Of a stretch of DNA of 64,000 nt, positions 26,945-39,370 are shown piece after piece. Each line of letters starts with the position of its first letter. Positions within the stretch are counted from its first letter, which is position 1. Both the position numbers and the translations under genes were made by a program. Source of the stretch: the human T2T-CHM13v2.0 reference genome, Homo sapiens; the NCBI RefSeq assembly GCF_009914755.1, contig NC_060928.1. One strand, 5' to 3'. The notes below the pieces were generated by a model. It had not been told where the DNA came from and did no database searches. It was given only the letters and a program-made list of their open reading frames with translations.

Positions 26945-27140
26945 GTGGAGGGGCTGGGAGCTGGGCTCCGGGATTGGCAACTCTGGTTTGAACCTGGCTC
27001 TGCCACTTTCTACTTGGTGGGGGGCAGGGCAAGCATCTTAACTTCCCTTGGTCTCTATTTCCCATCTCAAAATGGACTAACATAGCTCATAGGTGTGTGT
27101 GAGGGTGAGGGCCATGGCCGTGAGCACTCAGTGCCTGCCC
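26945..27140 (+). mobile_element. MIR
   Basis: ggtttgaacctggctctgccactt...ggcaagcatcttaacttccc..tatttcccatctcaaaatgg. Confidence 0.75.
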
Positions 27141-27718
27141 CCCAGGAGCTCTTGGCGTGAGTGTGCTTTTGCCCTCTCTGGCTCACACATGCCAGCTCCC
27201 CCTGTGTAGGGAGGGTCGGGAGCTGCGTGAGGGGGCTGGGGTCTCGTGGGCAGCCTGGTGCCGTGATGGAGGCAGAAGGGAAGGGTGTTTAGGCTGGAGG
27301 CTCGAGTCACCATGGGTCAGAGCACACCAGGGCCAGGCATGTGCTGGGGCCTGATCACAGGGCCATGTGGCTGCCAGGCTGTACCTCTTGGGCTTAGGTG
27401 ACTGGGAGTCCCAGAAGGTCTCGGGTGGGTGAGTGACAGGGCCAGACCTCACTCCTCCAGCCTGGCATGGCCCAGGGCCCAGCACGCTTGCCAACCCCCC
27501 TGCCGAGCTGCAGAGCGGGCTTATTGCCTGGTGGCCCTGGAGACGTGGTCCTGCCCACCGTCCCTGCCTGAGACGTTGTTATCACGGGGTCTCTCCTGAC
27601 CATTGGTCGGGGACCCCAGTGGATCATCATCTCCTGAAGCAGAGCTGGGACCCTGAGTGGATCCAAACAGATCTTGTGGGGGAGGCGCTGAGAGGTTAAG
27701 TACCTTTCCCAAGGTCGC

Positions 27719-28084
27719 TGGCTTAGTCCTTCTGCGTTGCTATCAGGGAGCACCTGAGGCTCAGCGAGGTAGAGAGAACAGGGGTCTCTGGCTGGCGGTT
27801 CTGCAGGCTGCACCGGAACCATGCACAGAAGCCAGTACCTGCCTCTGCTGGAGGCCTTGGGCTGCCTCCACTCACAGTGGAGGGTGAAGGGAGCCCGTGT
27901 GTGCAGAGACCACATGGAGAGAGAGGTGGGAGGTGCTGGGCTCTTCTCAACAGCCAGCTCCCACGGGCGCCCACTCACCCCTCACCGCCACGAGGACCCA
28001 ACACCTCCCATGAGGCCCCACTGCCAACACTGGAGATCAAACGTCAACCTGAGGTCTGAGGGGACAGACATCTAAGCCATGGCA
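27719..28084 (-). mobile_element. MSTB-like solo LTR nested in a MIR
   Basis: ggttctgcaggctgcac...caacacctcccatgaggcccca..ccaacactggagatcaaa. TSD gtcgc/gtcac splits the MIR motif cccaaggtcac. Confidence 0.8.
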
Positions 28085-28437
28085 GTCACATAGCAAGCAG
28101 ATGGGGCAATGGAACACAGGGCCATGAAGCTGCCCATGGCCCTGACCCCTCTGAGCTCCTCACCGCACAGCGGGGTGGCGATGTGGACCCTCAGGGTAGC
28201 TGCAGGGTGTGGCAGCAAAGCCTGCCTCTGAGCCTGGCACTCGGCGCCTGTTGGGCACGGCTGCCACACTCACACTGATCTGCCGCCTGGCCCATTTCTT
28301 TGCCATTCTCAGCCTTGGCTCTGCCCGCCCAGCTCTGTGACTTGGAGAAGCCCCCGTGGCCTGGGGCTTTGGCTGGAGGGGTGTCATGGTGCTGTGCACC
28401 CTGGACTGCCTGGCGGTCCCGGTGAGAACTGAATGCA

Positions 28438-28483
28438 CCATGTGGAGCGTGGAGCATGGAGCATGGAGCCTGAAGCATGGAGC
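28438..28483. repeat. (GGAGCAT)n 7-bp tandem repeat, ~6 units
   Basis: tggagcgtggagcatggagcatggagcctgaagcatggagc. Confidence 0.85.
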
Positions 28484-29849
28484 CGGTCCTCCAAGCCCCT
28501 GATTCCCCATCTGTGGAAGCAGGACAGTATCTGTCTACCCCATGGGCAGTGGAGAGGAAGACAGGCAACGTCTCCAATGTGCTCAGTGCAGGGAGGGGGG
28601 TGCTGGTGTGGCCTCCATGCGGGGGTTGTGTGTGGTGTTTATGAAGCTGCCCCTGGACACCAGCCCTGGTCAGATCTGGGTGGATGCAGCCGCCCAGGCC
28701 TGACTCGCCTGCAGGGCCCACCTTTGAGGGCCTTGTGGCATTTCAGGAAACTGCGCAGGTGAGCAGCCTCCTGTCAGGTGCACAGGGGTCAGGGGGAGCC
28801 TTTGAGGGTCTCTCTTGGGGTTTGGCCTTTTGGGATGGAGCTGCCTGCAGGCATGCCAGTGGGAACCAGAGCCCGCCACTCCAGGCCAAAGGGATAAGTG
28901 TCCCCAGAGGCTGGTGGCCCACATGGATGCCTGGGTGTTGAGGGCCATGGCCCAGGTGAGACAGGATGTGGGGCAGTGGGCCTCAGGGCCCCCCACAAAG
29001 GCGTTTGGGAATTCTCTTCTGATGAGGGGCGCAGAAGGTTTTTAAGCAGAGGAATTGTCCCATCTGGTTTGCTCTGGAATTAATACTCCTCTATTGAAGT
29101 TACTTTGAGTTTGAATGAAGCCTTTGCTGGCGAGAATGCCACCAGCCGGGTGCCATGGCCCCACCCTACACTCCTGGGAGGCTTCCCCCCGGCCACGCCA
29201 GGATTCCTACAATGGCCTGACCTCTCCTGGGGGGATTCTGAGCCCCACTCAGAGGTGGGACACCCTCAGATGCGGGGGAAGTCAGCCTCAGGAGAGCCTC
29301 TCGAGGTTCTTCCCAGCACCCCACGGGCTCTGTGCGGCACTGTGTTTTCTGATTCAACTGAGCTGACATTTAGGAGCCAGCCTGGGAGCAGGCACTTCAG
29401 GGAAAGTGTCTTTCGCCAAGCAAGCAACCTCAGTGATGAGCAAAGTGCCCACCCACGAGGCCCTCCTCACCTGAGCTCTGCTTGGTGGGGGTCCCCTGGT
29501 CGGGGTTCGGCAGCCACCTCTGCCTGTGTGCAGTCTGAGGTCCCTGTGGGCCTCCCTCCATGACCGTCCCGGGCACTTGGCAGACCGACCATGATGCTGT
29601 CACCTTCAGCAGGTAGCATCTGTAGGGCGGGGTCGTGTGTCACCTATTTCAACACACCAATCCTCTGACCTGCACAGCAACTCTGACATGCTGTTGGGTC
29701 AACCCCGTTCAAAAGATGGGAGGGCTGAGGTCACGCGGCTCCTGCTCTTGTTTTCAGCACATGCGGCACTTGTGTGGGTCACTGAGACCAAGGCCAGTGC
29801 TACAGATGCTGAGGGCAGCTAGCAGAGTCAGTGTGCCTTCAGGTGGGGG

Positions 29850-30288
29850 TGCCCTGCCAAAGGAAAAATGGCCTCCAACTGTGCCCAGGCCCTAACCCCT
29901 GAAACCGGAAGTATGTTCTCTTGCATGGGGAAAGAGCTGCATGGAAGATCTGGAGACGGAAGAAGGTCCTGGGTGATCCAGGTGGCCCCATAAATCACAA
30001 GCATCCTCACAGGAGGAGGAGGGTCGGAGTCAGAGATGGGATGATGGACACAAGAGGCTGCTGTGATTCCAGGAAGGGGCCACAACCCAAGGAACGTAGG
30101 CGGCCTCTAGAAGCTGTAAAAGGCAAGGAAACGGAATCTCCCGGGGAGCTTCCAGGAGGACCCAGCCCCACCGACCCCTTGACTTTAGACTTCTGGCCTC
30201 CACAGCTGCGAGAGCTGGAACTCGCACTGCGGCAAAGCCACTGAGCTCCAGGTAGCTGGGGACAGCAGCACAGGAAGCTGGAGAGAGG
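29850..30288 (+). mobile_element. MLT1D-like LTR
   Basis: gtcctgggtgatccaggtggcccc...ccaaggaacgtaggcggcctctagaagctgtaaaaggcaaggaaacgga...gacttctggcctcca. Confidence 0.85.
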
Positions 30289-31489
30289 CACTGAAGATCC
30301 GGGGCGGCTGTGCGGGCTTGGATGACGATCACCCGGCTGAGAACGTGCCCATGGAGGACTCGCTCACCTCTGCCTGACTCCAGGACACTGAGGCTTTCAG
30401 TGGGAATGAGATGATTTCCTTCAGGCACCCAAAGGGACTAGAAGTGAAACTCAGCCCCCTGCTCCACCTCCAGCTCTGCCTCTGGACGCAAAAGCAACCA
30501 TGATCCTTCAGCGACCAGGGCCCATGCTGAGTACTGTGGCTGGTGCCAGGGCCCTGGAGAGGATGGAGGTGGCAGGGAGCTCTCAAACTGGCATCTCCTT
30601 AGGACCCCACGAGGCCACACAGTGGTGAGGGGTGGGGCTGGAGCGCAAAGCCCCATGTGGGATTCCTGGTCCAGCGCTCCAGGACCACACGCTCACACGT
30701 GCTCTCACGCACAGGCTCACAAGTGCTCCCACGCACACACACTTCGGGGAGGTGTTCAATGACCAGCACTTCAGAAGGATGTTCCACCAGCCCAGATATC
30801 TGAGCCCCATGCAGGGCACGCAGTAAGAGCTCATCATGCTCTGATAATTATTATGATTAGAACACAATGTGACGCCAGGGCAGAAAGAGCCTGCTTGTTG
30901 GGAAGACAGACTGCCAGCTAGGCAGAGACGTGCATGTGCTCACGTCCCCAGTGGTCCTATCCTGGCCCCACCTTCTCCTTCACCTCTCAAACCACTCACA
31001 ACCTGTCCCCAGTGCCCCTGCGTTCCTGAATCCAGCAGTCGGTTCTCAGACTGTCTTGCACCTTGGTCTTTCAGCCTCAGACATCAGCCTCCTCCCAGGA
31101 GACACATCCTTCTCTTGGCTCCCAGGAGCTGCTCTCCCCCAAATCCATGGCGCTCCCCTTCTCTCCTCACATGGCCCCACCTCTGGTTGGAGCACGCCCC
31201 CAGACTCAGAGCTGTCTAACCTCAGCCCCCATGGTGTTCTCCAGCCTCAAGGCTCAGAGACCATCAAGGTAGAAGGTCTAGAACACCTTATGACCCCCCA
31301 GGCCCCGCCCACTGCCCCCTGGCCACCTCACACCTGGAGGCAGCACAGATGCTAAACCCTCCTCTTGAGCCCCCAGCCGGCAGACCCAAAAGCATTCTCT
31401 TGAAATCATTTCATGGCTGGTCAGCCTCTGACTTGTCAGGACAGATGAGGTCTGTTTCCTGAGTGAAGGCTCTTTGCTTGCAAGACACA

Positions 31490-33680
31490 GTGGGGAACAA
31501 AGCCCTGGAGCCCAACAGGTCTGCATTAGAAGGCAGGCTCTGTGACTTAGGAGCTGGGTGACCTTGGGGATGTCACTTAACCTCTCTAGCCTCATGTTGC
31601 TCATCGTGCTATAACTGGTGCTATTCTATGCCTTCCTCATTTATGCTCTACTATGCTACATTAAATCACACCACACCACACTCCACTACACTAAGCACTA
31701 CTATACTCCACGACACTCAATTCCATTATACTACACTATACCCACTCCATCAGGCTGTACTCCACTCTACTATACTCCAGTATACTATACACTACCCACT
31801 CCATCAAGCTGTACTGCACTCTACTATACTCCACTATACAATACCCACCCCATCGAGCTGTACTGTACTCTACTATACTCCACTATAAAATACCCACTCC
31901 ATCCAACTGTACTGCACTCTACTATACTCCACTATACACTACCCACTCCATCCAGCTGTACTGCACTCTACTATACTCCACTATACAATACCCACTCCAT
32001 CGAGCTGTACTGTACTCTACTATACTCCACTATACAATACCCACTCCATCCAGCTGTACTGCACTCTACTATACTCCACTATACTATACATTACCCACTC
32101 CATCCAGTTGTACTGCACTCTACTATATTCCACTATACTATACACTACCCACTCCATCCAGCTGTATTGCACTCTACTATACTCCATTATAAAATACCCA
32201 CTCCATCCAGCTGTACTGTGCTCTACTATACTCCACTATACAATACCCACTCCATCCAGCTGTACTGCGCTCTACTATACTCCACTATACTATACACTAC
32301 CCACTCCATCCAGCTGTACTGCACTCCACTATACTCCACTATACTATACACTACCCACTCCATCCAGCTGTACTGCACTCCACTATACTCCACTATACTA
32401 TACACTACCCACTCCATCCAGCTGTACTGTGCTCTACTATACTCCACTATACAATACCCACTCCATCCAGCTGTACTGCACTCTACTATACTCCACTATA
32501 CTATACACTACCCACTCCATCCAGCGGTACTGCACTCTACTATACTCCACTATACAATACCCACTCCATCAAGCTGTGCTACACTCTATTATACTCCAGT
32601 ATACTCTACAATACCCATTGCATCAGGCTGTACTGCACTCTACTATACTCCAGTATACTATACTACACTATACCCACTCCATCAGGCTGTACTGCACTCT
32701 ACTATGGTTCACTATAGTCCACTATACTATACTATACTCCACTATACTATAGTATACCCACTCCATCAGGCTGTACTACACTCTACTGTACTCCAATATA
32801 CTATACTATACTACACTATACCCACTCCATCAGGCTGTACTGCACTCTACTATGGTTCACTATAGCCCACTATACTATACTATACTATACTATACTATAC
32901 TATACTATACTATACTATACTATACTCCACTATACTATACCCATTCCATCAGGCTGTACTACACTCTACTATAGTCCGCTATACTATACAATACCCATTC
33001 CATCAGGCTGTACTGCACACAATACTCCACTATACTATACTATACCCACTCCATCAGGCTGTACTACACTCTACTATACTCCACTATACTATACACTCCC
33101 CACTCCATCAGGCTGTACTGCATTCTACTCTACTCTACTCTACTCTGCTATACAATACCCATTCCATCAGGCTGTACCACAATCTACTATACTCCACTAT
33201 ACTATACTATACGCATTCCATCAGGCTGTACTGCCCTCTACTCCACTATACTATACTATACTATACTATACTATACCATACCCACTCCATCAGGCTGTAC
33301 TGCACTCTACTATACTCCACTATGCTATGCACTACCCACTCCATCAGGCTGTACTGCACTGTACTCCACTGTACTATAAAATACCCACTCCATCAGGCTG
33401 TACTCCACACAATACCCCACTATGCTATAGTATACCCACTCCATCAGGTGGTACTACACTGTACTATATGCCACTGTACTAAACTCTACCCACTCCATCA
33501 GTTGATAGGGTACTCTATTACAGTCTACTGCACTATACTATATAGTATGCCATACTCCACTACATCATACCATATGAGAATATCCCATTCTTCCTTCTGA
33601 GCTATCATCTGGCATAAGTGGAATGGGATGAGCTAGTATTCCCAAGCACTTAAAGCAAAGACTGGCCTGAATGTGTGCTA
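31490..33680 (+). mobile_element. MIR split by the satellite (31490-31620 and ~33575-33680)
   Basis: 5' half gctgggtgaccttggggatgtcacttaacctctctagcctca; 3' half atgagctagtattcccaagcacttaaagcaaagactggc. Confidence 0.6.
31620..33572. repeat. ~2-kb hierarchical minisatellite of 49+5n-bp units built from CTNNA pentamers, ~32 units
   Basis: Unit tacccactccatccagctgtactgcactctactatactccactatacaa (49 bp) and 54-bp variants; pure (CTATA)n at ~32870-32925. Confidence 0.97.
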
Positions 33681-34769
33681 CCTAGTGTCTGTGGGAGAAA
33701 TAAGTAAGACAGTCCCTCCTGCCTGCCTTGGGGAGAGGTCCCTCTCTCCTCAGGGTTGAAGGCACATCAGATGGAGGCACCAGCTTTATGAAGGCCAGTC
33801 CAGGCCCCTGCCCCTCTGACCTCTGTGCCCTCTGTTTCTCTGTGCCATATCTCATCACCCTCACAGCAGCCTTTTCGAATGGGCATAATCTTCTTTGATT
33901 TTTGGTGGGAAGGACTAATTCCTTTGGAGATGGGGCAGCTTGCCAGAGTCCCACAGCCAGGATGTCGTGAAGCTGGTTCTGGCACTCGCTCTTCCTATGC
34001 AGCCCGTTGGCTTCCTGGTCTCTGTTCCTGCGTTTGAGCCAGTGCTCAGGGGCCGGGATGTGGGCCTGGGAAGCCCCAGAGCTTGCCTGGAAAAATCCCA
34101 CCTGTCGTGTGGAAGGACAGTTACAGACATCGTGGTGTATCCTACAGAAAGGGGACCCTGCTGGGCCAGCCTGGGGCATGTGGCCTTTGTGCTGCAGGTA
34201 GCAGGGGCTCCCTTGGTCACAGGAGTGGAGGACAGGCAGGGCCTACCCCTGGGTCCAGCACAGGCTTGCTGAGTGACCATTGACCCAGTGTTCCCAGGAG
34301 CAGCGAGTGGCTCTGGGTTGGCCATCCTGGTCTCAGTGGGTCCCAGGCCACAAGCCTTCCCATCCCTGTCAGTGTAGACCCTGCTCAGTGTGGTGCCACA
34401 TGGACCCCTTGCTCCCCACACCACTCTGCAAAGGTGGGCCTGTGATCATCCACTTTTACTGATGAGATCCTGGCACACAAGGAGCTCCCATCTTTGATGT
34501 GAACCTGCCTTGGTGGACTCCAATCCAGTGCATGCACTTACTGTAGGTCTTCCCAGTCTCATCTGCAAAATCTACCCAGATGCTGAGCATGCCCTCAGCT
34601 CAAAACAGTGCAGAAGACACACCTGCTGAAAACCCGGACCCTGTCCCAGGAATGGAGTGGCAGGGGGCCCCAGGCAGCAGCCACAGTTCCTCAGAGCTGA
34701 TCCCAAGGGGAACCCTTACCTAAAGATGGTGTGGGGGAAAGCATGGAAGAGAAGCCCCGTGATGTTTTG

Positions 34770-35127
34770 GTCAGCACAGGTGAGGTTATGCTTGGTAACA
34801 AATGAACCCTGTTCTTAAATGTTGTCATGACAGGCTATGCCACTGCAGATCAGGGCTGCAGGTACTTGGCAACCTGCACCCCTAGTCTGTGTCACAGGTT
34901 CCAGGGGCTCAGCAGATGGCTTCTGGGGTTGCTTGTCAGGAGATGAGGGAGGATGCAGAGAACCCATACCGACTCCTACCTGCCTAGCCCATCCTTCCAC
35001 TCATAGCCCATTGGCTGCAGCTGGTCACATGGCCCCACCTGAGCACAGGGACTCCTGCAACGTCCTCCCATGTGCCCAGGAAGAGAAGGAGGTCTGGACA
35101 TTGCCAGCACAGGAATCTCTACCGCAG
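34770..35127 (-). mobile_element. MLT1K-like LTR
   Basis: aggttatgcttggtaacaaa...ttccactcatagcccattggctgcagctggtcacatggccccacct...atgtgcccaggaag. Confidence 0.7.
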
Positions 35128-35799
35128 GTTCTAGACACTCCTCTCCAGGTTGGTGGAGGCAGCTATGGGGGGAGCCTCGGTCTGGCCTGAATGCTGGGTG
35201 TAGGCCTGAGACCCCATTTTATTACATTCTATGTCCTGACCTCCCAGGAAAGCATGGCTGGAATCCCCCAGGACTCCTAATTCAGCCCATTCCCATCACA
35301 GGCAGGGAAACTGAGGCCTAGAGAGGCTGCGGCTGGGGCAGAGGTCTCAGGCCTCACCAGTGAGTCCCAGCGCCCCGTCCAGGCTCTGGTGTGCAGTGAG
35401 CACTTTGACAGCATTTGTTAGTAAACAAAGGAATCCATGAATCATAGGAGAGGCATGATGCCCCCGCTCCACACACACAGAGATCACGCAGTATCATGCC
35501 TGTTCCTTCCTGTATCAACTGCTACACCCTGAATGCGCCTTCTGAACACCTTTTCATGTATGTCTGGTCCTTACCACTGCTATTCAAAGGGCAGTGGATG
35601 TGTGGTCACCTCCCATGTCTGAGGCTGTGATGCCACAGGGCATGTGACCCCCTGATTAGGCTGGAGGACCTGAGAACCATCAAGGCTTGTGCCCATGGGG
35701 CTGGGCTTCCCAGAGGGGGGCCCTCAAGTGAGAGAGAGAGACCTACCCAGGCTCTGCCATTATCGCACCTTTGATGGAGGCCATGGACATGAGACTCCA

Positions 35800-36085
35800 C
35801 GGTAGAAACACGTAGCTCGAGAGCAATAGTGAAGGGCAGCCAGCACTCAGGCGGGGAAAGCACATCGCACCCTGAGGGGTGGCCTCCCCTCTGCCCCTGC
35901 CCACTGCAGGTGGGGGAGTCCTCTGACATTTTTCCAAGGGAAGCTAGAAATCTAAACTTGCTGAATATAAAATTACCCTGTTCTTAAATGTTGACACCTA
36001 ATTGAAAAAATGTTTAAACATTTTGAAGGCCAACGGTGTGTAAGTCAAAACACCATCTGGCAATCTGTAATGGCTCCTATAGTTC
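35800..36085 (-). mobile_element. MER102-like hAT-Charlie
   Basis: gggcagccagcactcag...ttttccaagggaagctagaaatct...ttaaatgttgacacctaatt..aaaacaccatctg. Confidence 0.7.
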
Positions 36086-36118
36086 AAAGACGTGTGTTTA
36101 TGGATGGAACTGGGGAGG

Positions 36119-36463
36119 TGATATGGTTTGGCTCTGAGTCCCCACCCAGATCTCACTGTGAATTGTGATAATCCCCAGGCGTCAAGGGTGGGACCAGGTG
36201 GAGGTAATTGGATCATGGGGGTGGTTTCCGCCATGCTGTTCTTGTGATGAGTGAGTCTGATGGTTTTATAAGCATCTGGCATTTCCCCTGCTGGCTGTTA
36301 TTCCCTCTCCTGCTGCCCTGTGAAGAGGTGCCTTCCGCCATGATTGTAAGTTTCCCAAGGCCTCCCCAGCCATGTGGAACTGTGAGTCAATTAAACCTCT
36401 TTTCTTTATAAATCATCCAGTCTCAGGTATTTCTTCAGAGCAGCATGAGAACAGACTAATACA
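36119..36463 (+). mobile_element. THE1C/D solo LTR
   Basis: tgatatggtttggctctg...cagactaataca; TSD ggagg/agagg. Confidence 0.95.
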
Positions 36464-36582
36464 AGAGGTCACTGGGGAGTCATTCGAGACCCCACTGTGG
36501 CTGCTCAGGATAGGGGGGATCCTGGCCCTCCTGTCCTCAGAGCAGAGATATTTCCTACCAGGGGACAAAGCCCAAGAAATCC

Positions 36583-37693
36583 TCTGCATTCGTCTGCTCG
36601 GGCTGCCATGACAACACACCACAGGCAGGGCTTGGACACCAACATTCACTCTTATGGTTCTGGAGGCTGGAAGTCCACGATCCAGGTGCAGGCATGGTCG
36701 GATTCTGGGGAGGGTCTCTTCCTGGCTTGCTCACGGCCACACTGACTTTCCACCGCATCTTCACATGGAGAGAGCTCGGGTGTCTCCTTTGTAAGGGCAC
36801 TGGTCCCATCATAAGGGCCTCACCCTCAGGCCCTCATCCAAACAAGTGCCCCACTCCACATACCATCACCTGGAGGGTTAGGGCTTCAACCTAGGAATTC
36901 TGGGGTGACACCATTCCGTCCATAGCATTCTGCCTCTGGTCCCCTGAAATTCATGTCTTTCTCATATACAAAACACATTGATTCTATTGAGTCCCAACAG
37001 TCTTAACACATTCCGGCATCGACTCTAAAGACTAAAGTCCAATGTCTCTATGTAAATATAATCCAAATCAAACATGGATGAGACTCAAGGGTGTGATTCA
37101 TCCTAAGGCAAAATTCCTCTCCAGCTGTGAACCTGTGAAAGCAGACAAGCTACGTGCTTCCAAAACGCCATGGTGGGACAGGCATGGGATAGACATTCCC
37201 ATTCCAAAAGGGAGAAATCAGAAAGAAAGAGGAAGTGATGGGGGGCACGCATGTCTACAGCTTAGCAAGGCCAATTGCATTCGCTATGAAGGCTGCAGAA
37301 TCCCCTTCGGCTCCACACTCAGCTCTCCGGGCCCGCTGGGGAGGCAGCGTCACCGCACCACTCGGCAGGCAGGCTTGACACGCGGGTCTCTGAAAGGCCC
37401 CTGCCCCCGTGGCTTTGCGGGGCCAGAGTCCCATCCTCAGGACTCTGCAAGGCAGTCCCACCTAAGGCCACCTGGCCAGCTGAATCAAGGCAGTGGCCAG
37501 ATGATCTCTGAATTCCCTTGGGGTCATTTTTTCTGTCTTCTTCAAGAACGGTCCACATTTGCAGCTGAATAGCATCATCATCCAAAAAACCCAAAAGCCT
37601 TCCTTCATTCCACCCCACTCTCCAAACACCGTCCCATCAGGGGTTAGGGCTCCAACGTGTGAATTTTAGGGGGACATGATTCAGTCCACAGCA
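36583..37693 (-). mobile_element. Deleted MLT1A-type provirus: LTR (36583-36927), internal (36928-~37615), partial second LTR (37620-37693)
   Basis: LTR ends ...gggttagggcttcaac...ccatagca. MaLR-internal gagactcaagggtgtgattcatcc...cattcccattccaaaagggagaaat follows. A second ggggttagggctccaac...cagtccacagca closes it. Confidence 0.85.
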
Positions 37694-37756
37694 GCTTTCT
37701 CAGGTCCCTGCCCTGCCTCTGGACCCCTCTCCCCGGGCACCTGCTACCCCAAGGGG

Positions 37757-37820
37757 AATGTCTCTATCTAAATATAATCTAAATCAAACATGGACGAGAC
37801 TCAAAGGTGTGATTCATCCT
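37757..37820. repeat. 64-bp displaced copy of 37041-37104
   Basis: 60/64 identical to the MaLR-internal segment 716 bp upstream. Confidence 0.92.
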
Positions 37821-38394
37821 CAGCAGACACCTGGTCCCAAAACTGACCCCGCAGTGGGAGCACTGCACCTCTGCCCTCAGAATCCTTGCTGGGGGGCCGA
37901 GCCCGCAGAGCAGCATCAGCTGAATCTGCCACAGGGGTCATGCGGGGGAACTCTCTTGGGTGGAAGCTGGCATTGCCTCCAGCACTGGGAGGTCCTGGGC
38001 CCCCACTGGTCCATCAACCTTAGGGACACTCCTGCAGGGAAGGATGCAGGAGTCAGGGGAGATGATCAACTCCCAAGGGAGTAAAGGATGCATCACAAAC
38101 CAAGGTCTATGTTAAGGAGATAAAAGGAGGAGCTGATGGGATAGACTGTGAGTGGCCCGGGCTGGGGCTGGGGTGGGGCCTCTGAACTCCCATTCCAGAG
38201 GCAGACCTGCAGCTGTGCATGCCTGCGCCATGGCCCCTGAGCCGCGCCCTCCCTCACCTGCAGGACCCTGAGCACTCACTGGCCCCAGCAGCACCCACCC
38301 TCTGTGCACGGCACATGCTTCCGCTCCTTCCCAACATTTCCATCTGCTGCTCCTCTGGCTCAGGGCCCCAGGGACACAGGTCCAACAGGACCCA

Positions 38395-39370
38395 AATCTA
38401 CAGAGCCACCGTCCCCAGGCCCAGCATGTGTGGGGCATGTTGGGATGGGGGTGGATCAGGCCAGTCCCCCTCACTCTCAGCACAGGTGCGACAGGAGGGG
38501 CCCGGGCCCTGGGAGTGCACAGAAAGGGAAGACCCACCCAGGAGGGAACTTCCCGGAGGCCAAGACCTTGAGCTGGATTGTCAACAATAAGGAAATAACC
38601 AGCAAGAAGAGGGGGCAGGGGATGCTCGAGGAAAGGGACAGCAGGTGTGCTGGGAGAACTGCAGGGAGGCCACTGCCGGGACAGGCTCGGGAAGCTGAAG
38701 GGCCGGCAGGGACAGGGCACGGAGAGCCGGAGCACAGGCCAGGGGTGCAGAGCTTGCTGAGGGTGCTGGGGAGCCGTGGAGGAATTTAGAGAGGGGGCGG
38801 TCTGGGTCAGGTCCAACAGAAGCACGAAGGTGGGTTGGGTGTGAGACTGATGGCGGCATCAGGAGGACGCAGGGATGTGCTGGGTGGTGGTGAAAAGGCC
38901 TGGACTGGGCAGAGGCACCGGGCGTGGGGTTAGGGCAGTCCAGAGACGTTTAAGGAACATCACCGGTGGGGTCTGCAGATGGATGGCGTGAGGCGGAGGG
39001 TGAGGCAGATTTCTGGCTTGAACAGTGTGAGGATGGAGAAGCGTCAGCCAGGAAGGGGCCAGGGTGGGGTCTGGGGGATGGTGAGCTCAGCATGGCCTGT
39101 GGAGCATGTGGCGTCAGTGGGACACATGGGGGAGCTGCCTGAGGGAAGGAGCTGGACCGACACAGGGGACACAGCAGGGGCCTGAGCCCGAGGCTGCCCT
39201 CAGAGGCTGCGGACGGTGGAGGCTGCTCTCTGTGGCCTGGAGCGTAGCGGGCAGGGGAGGCTGTGGGCAGGTCTGGCTGATGGAGCGACACAGACTGGGG
39301 CAGGCACGGGAGCTGGAGCAGTCTCAGCAGGGCTGGGGCAGGCAGGGGCACTGATGTGGTCTCAGCAGGG
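38395..39370 (-). mobile_element. L2 (GC-shifted)
   Basis: cttcccggaggccaagaccttgagctggattgtcaacaataaggaaataaccag...atttctggcttgaacag...gagctggagcagtctcagc. Confidence 0.6.

Noticed and set aside
31618-32865. 415-aa Tyr/Thr/Pro/His-rich ORF, the longest in the window
   Set aside because: It lies wholly in the satellite. The G-poor strand rarely forms stop codons, the start is GTG, and the peptide just cycles through the three frames of the repeat.
31620-33572. CRISPR-like appearance (constant anchor with variable intervals), also considered for the 26-, 31- and 53-bp arrays
   Set aside because: The intervals are copies of one another rather than unique spacers, there are no cas genes, and the DNA is primate.
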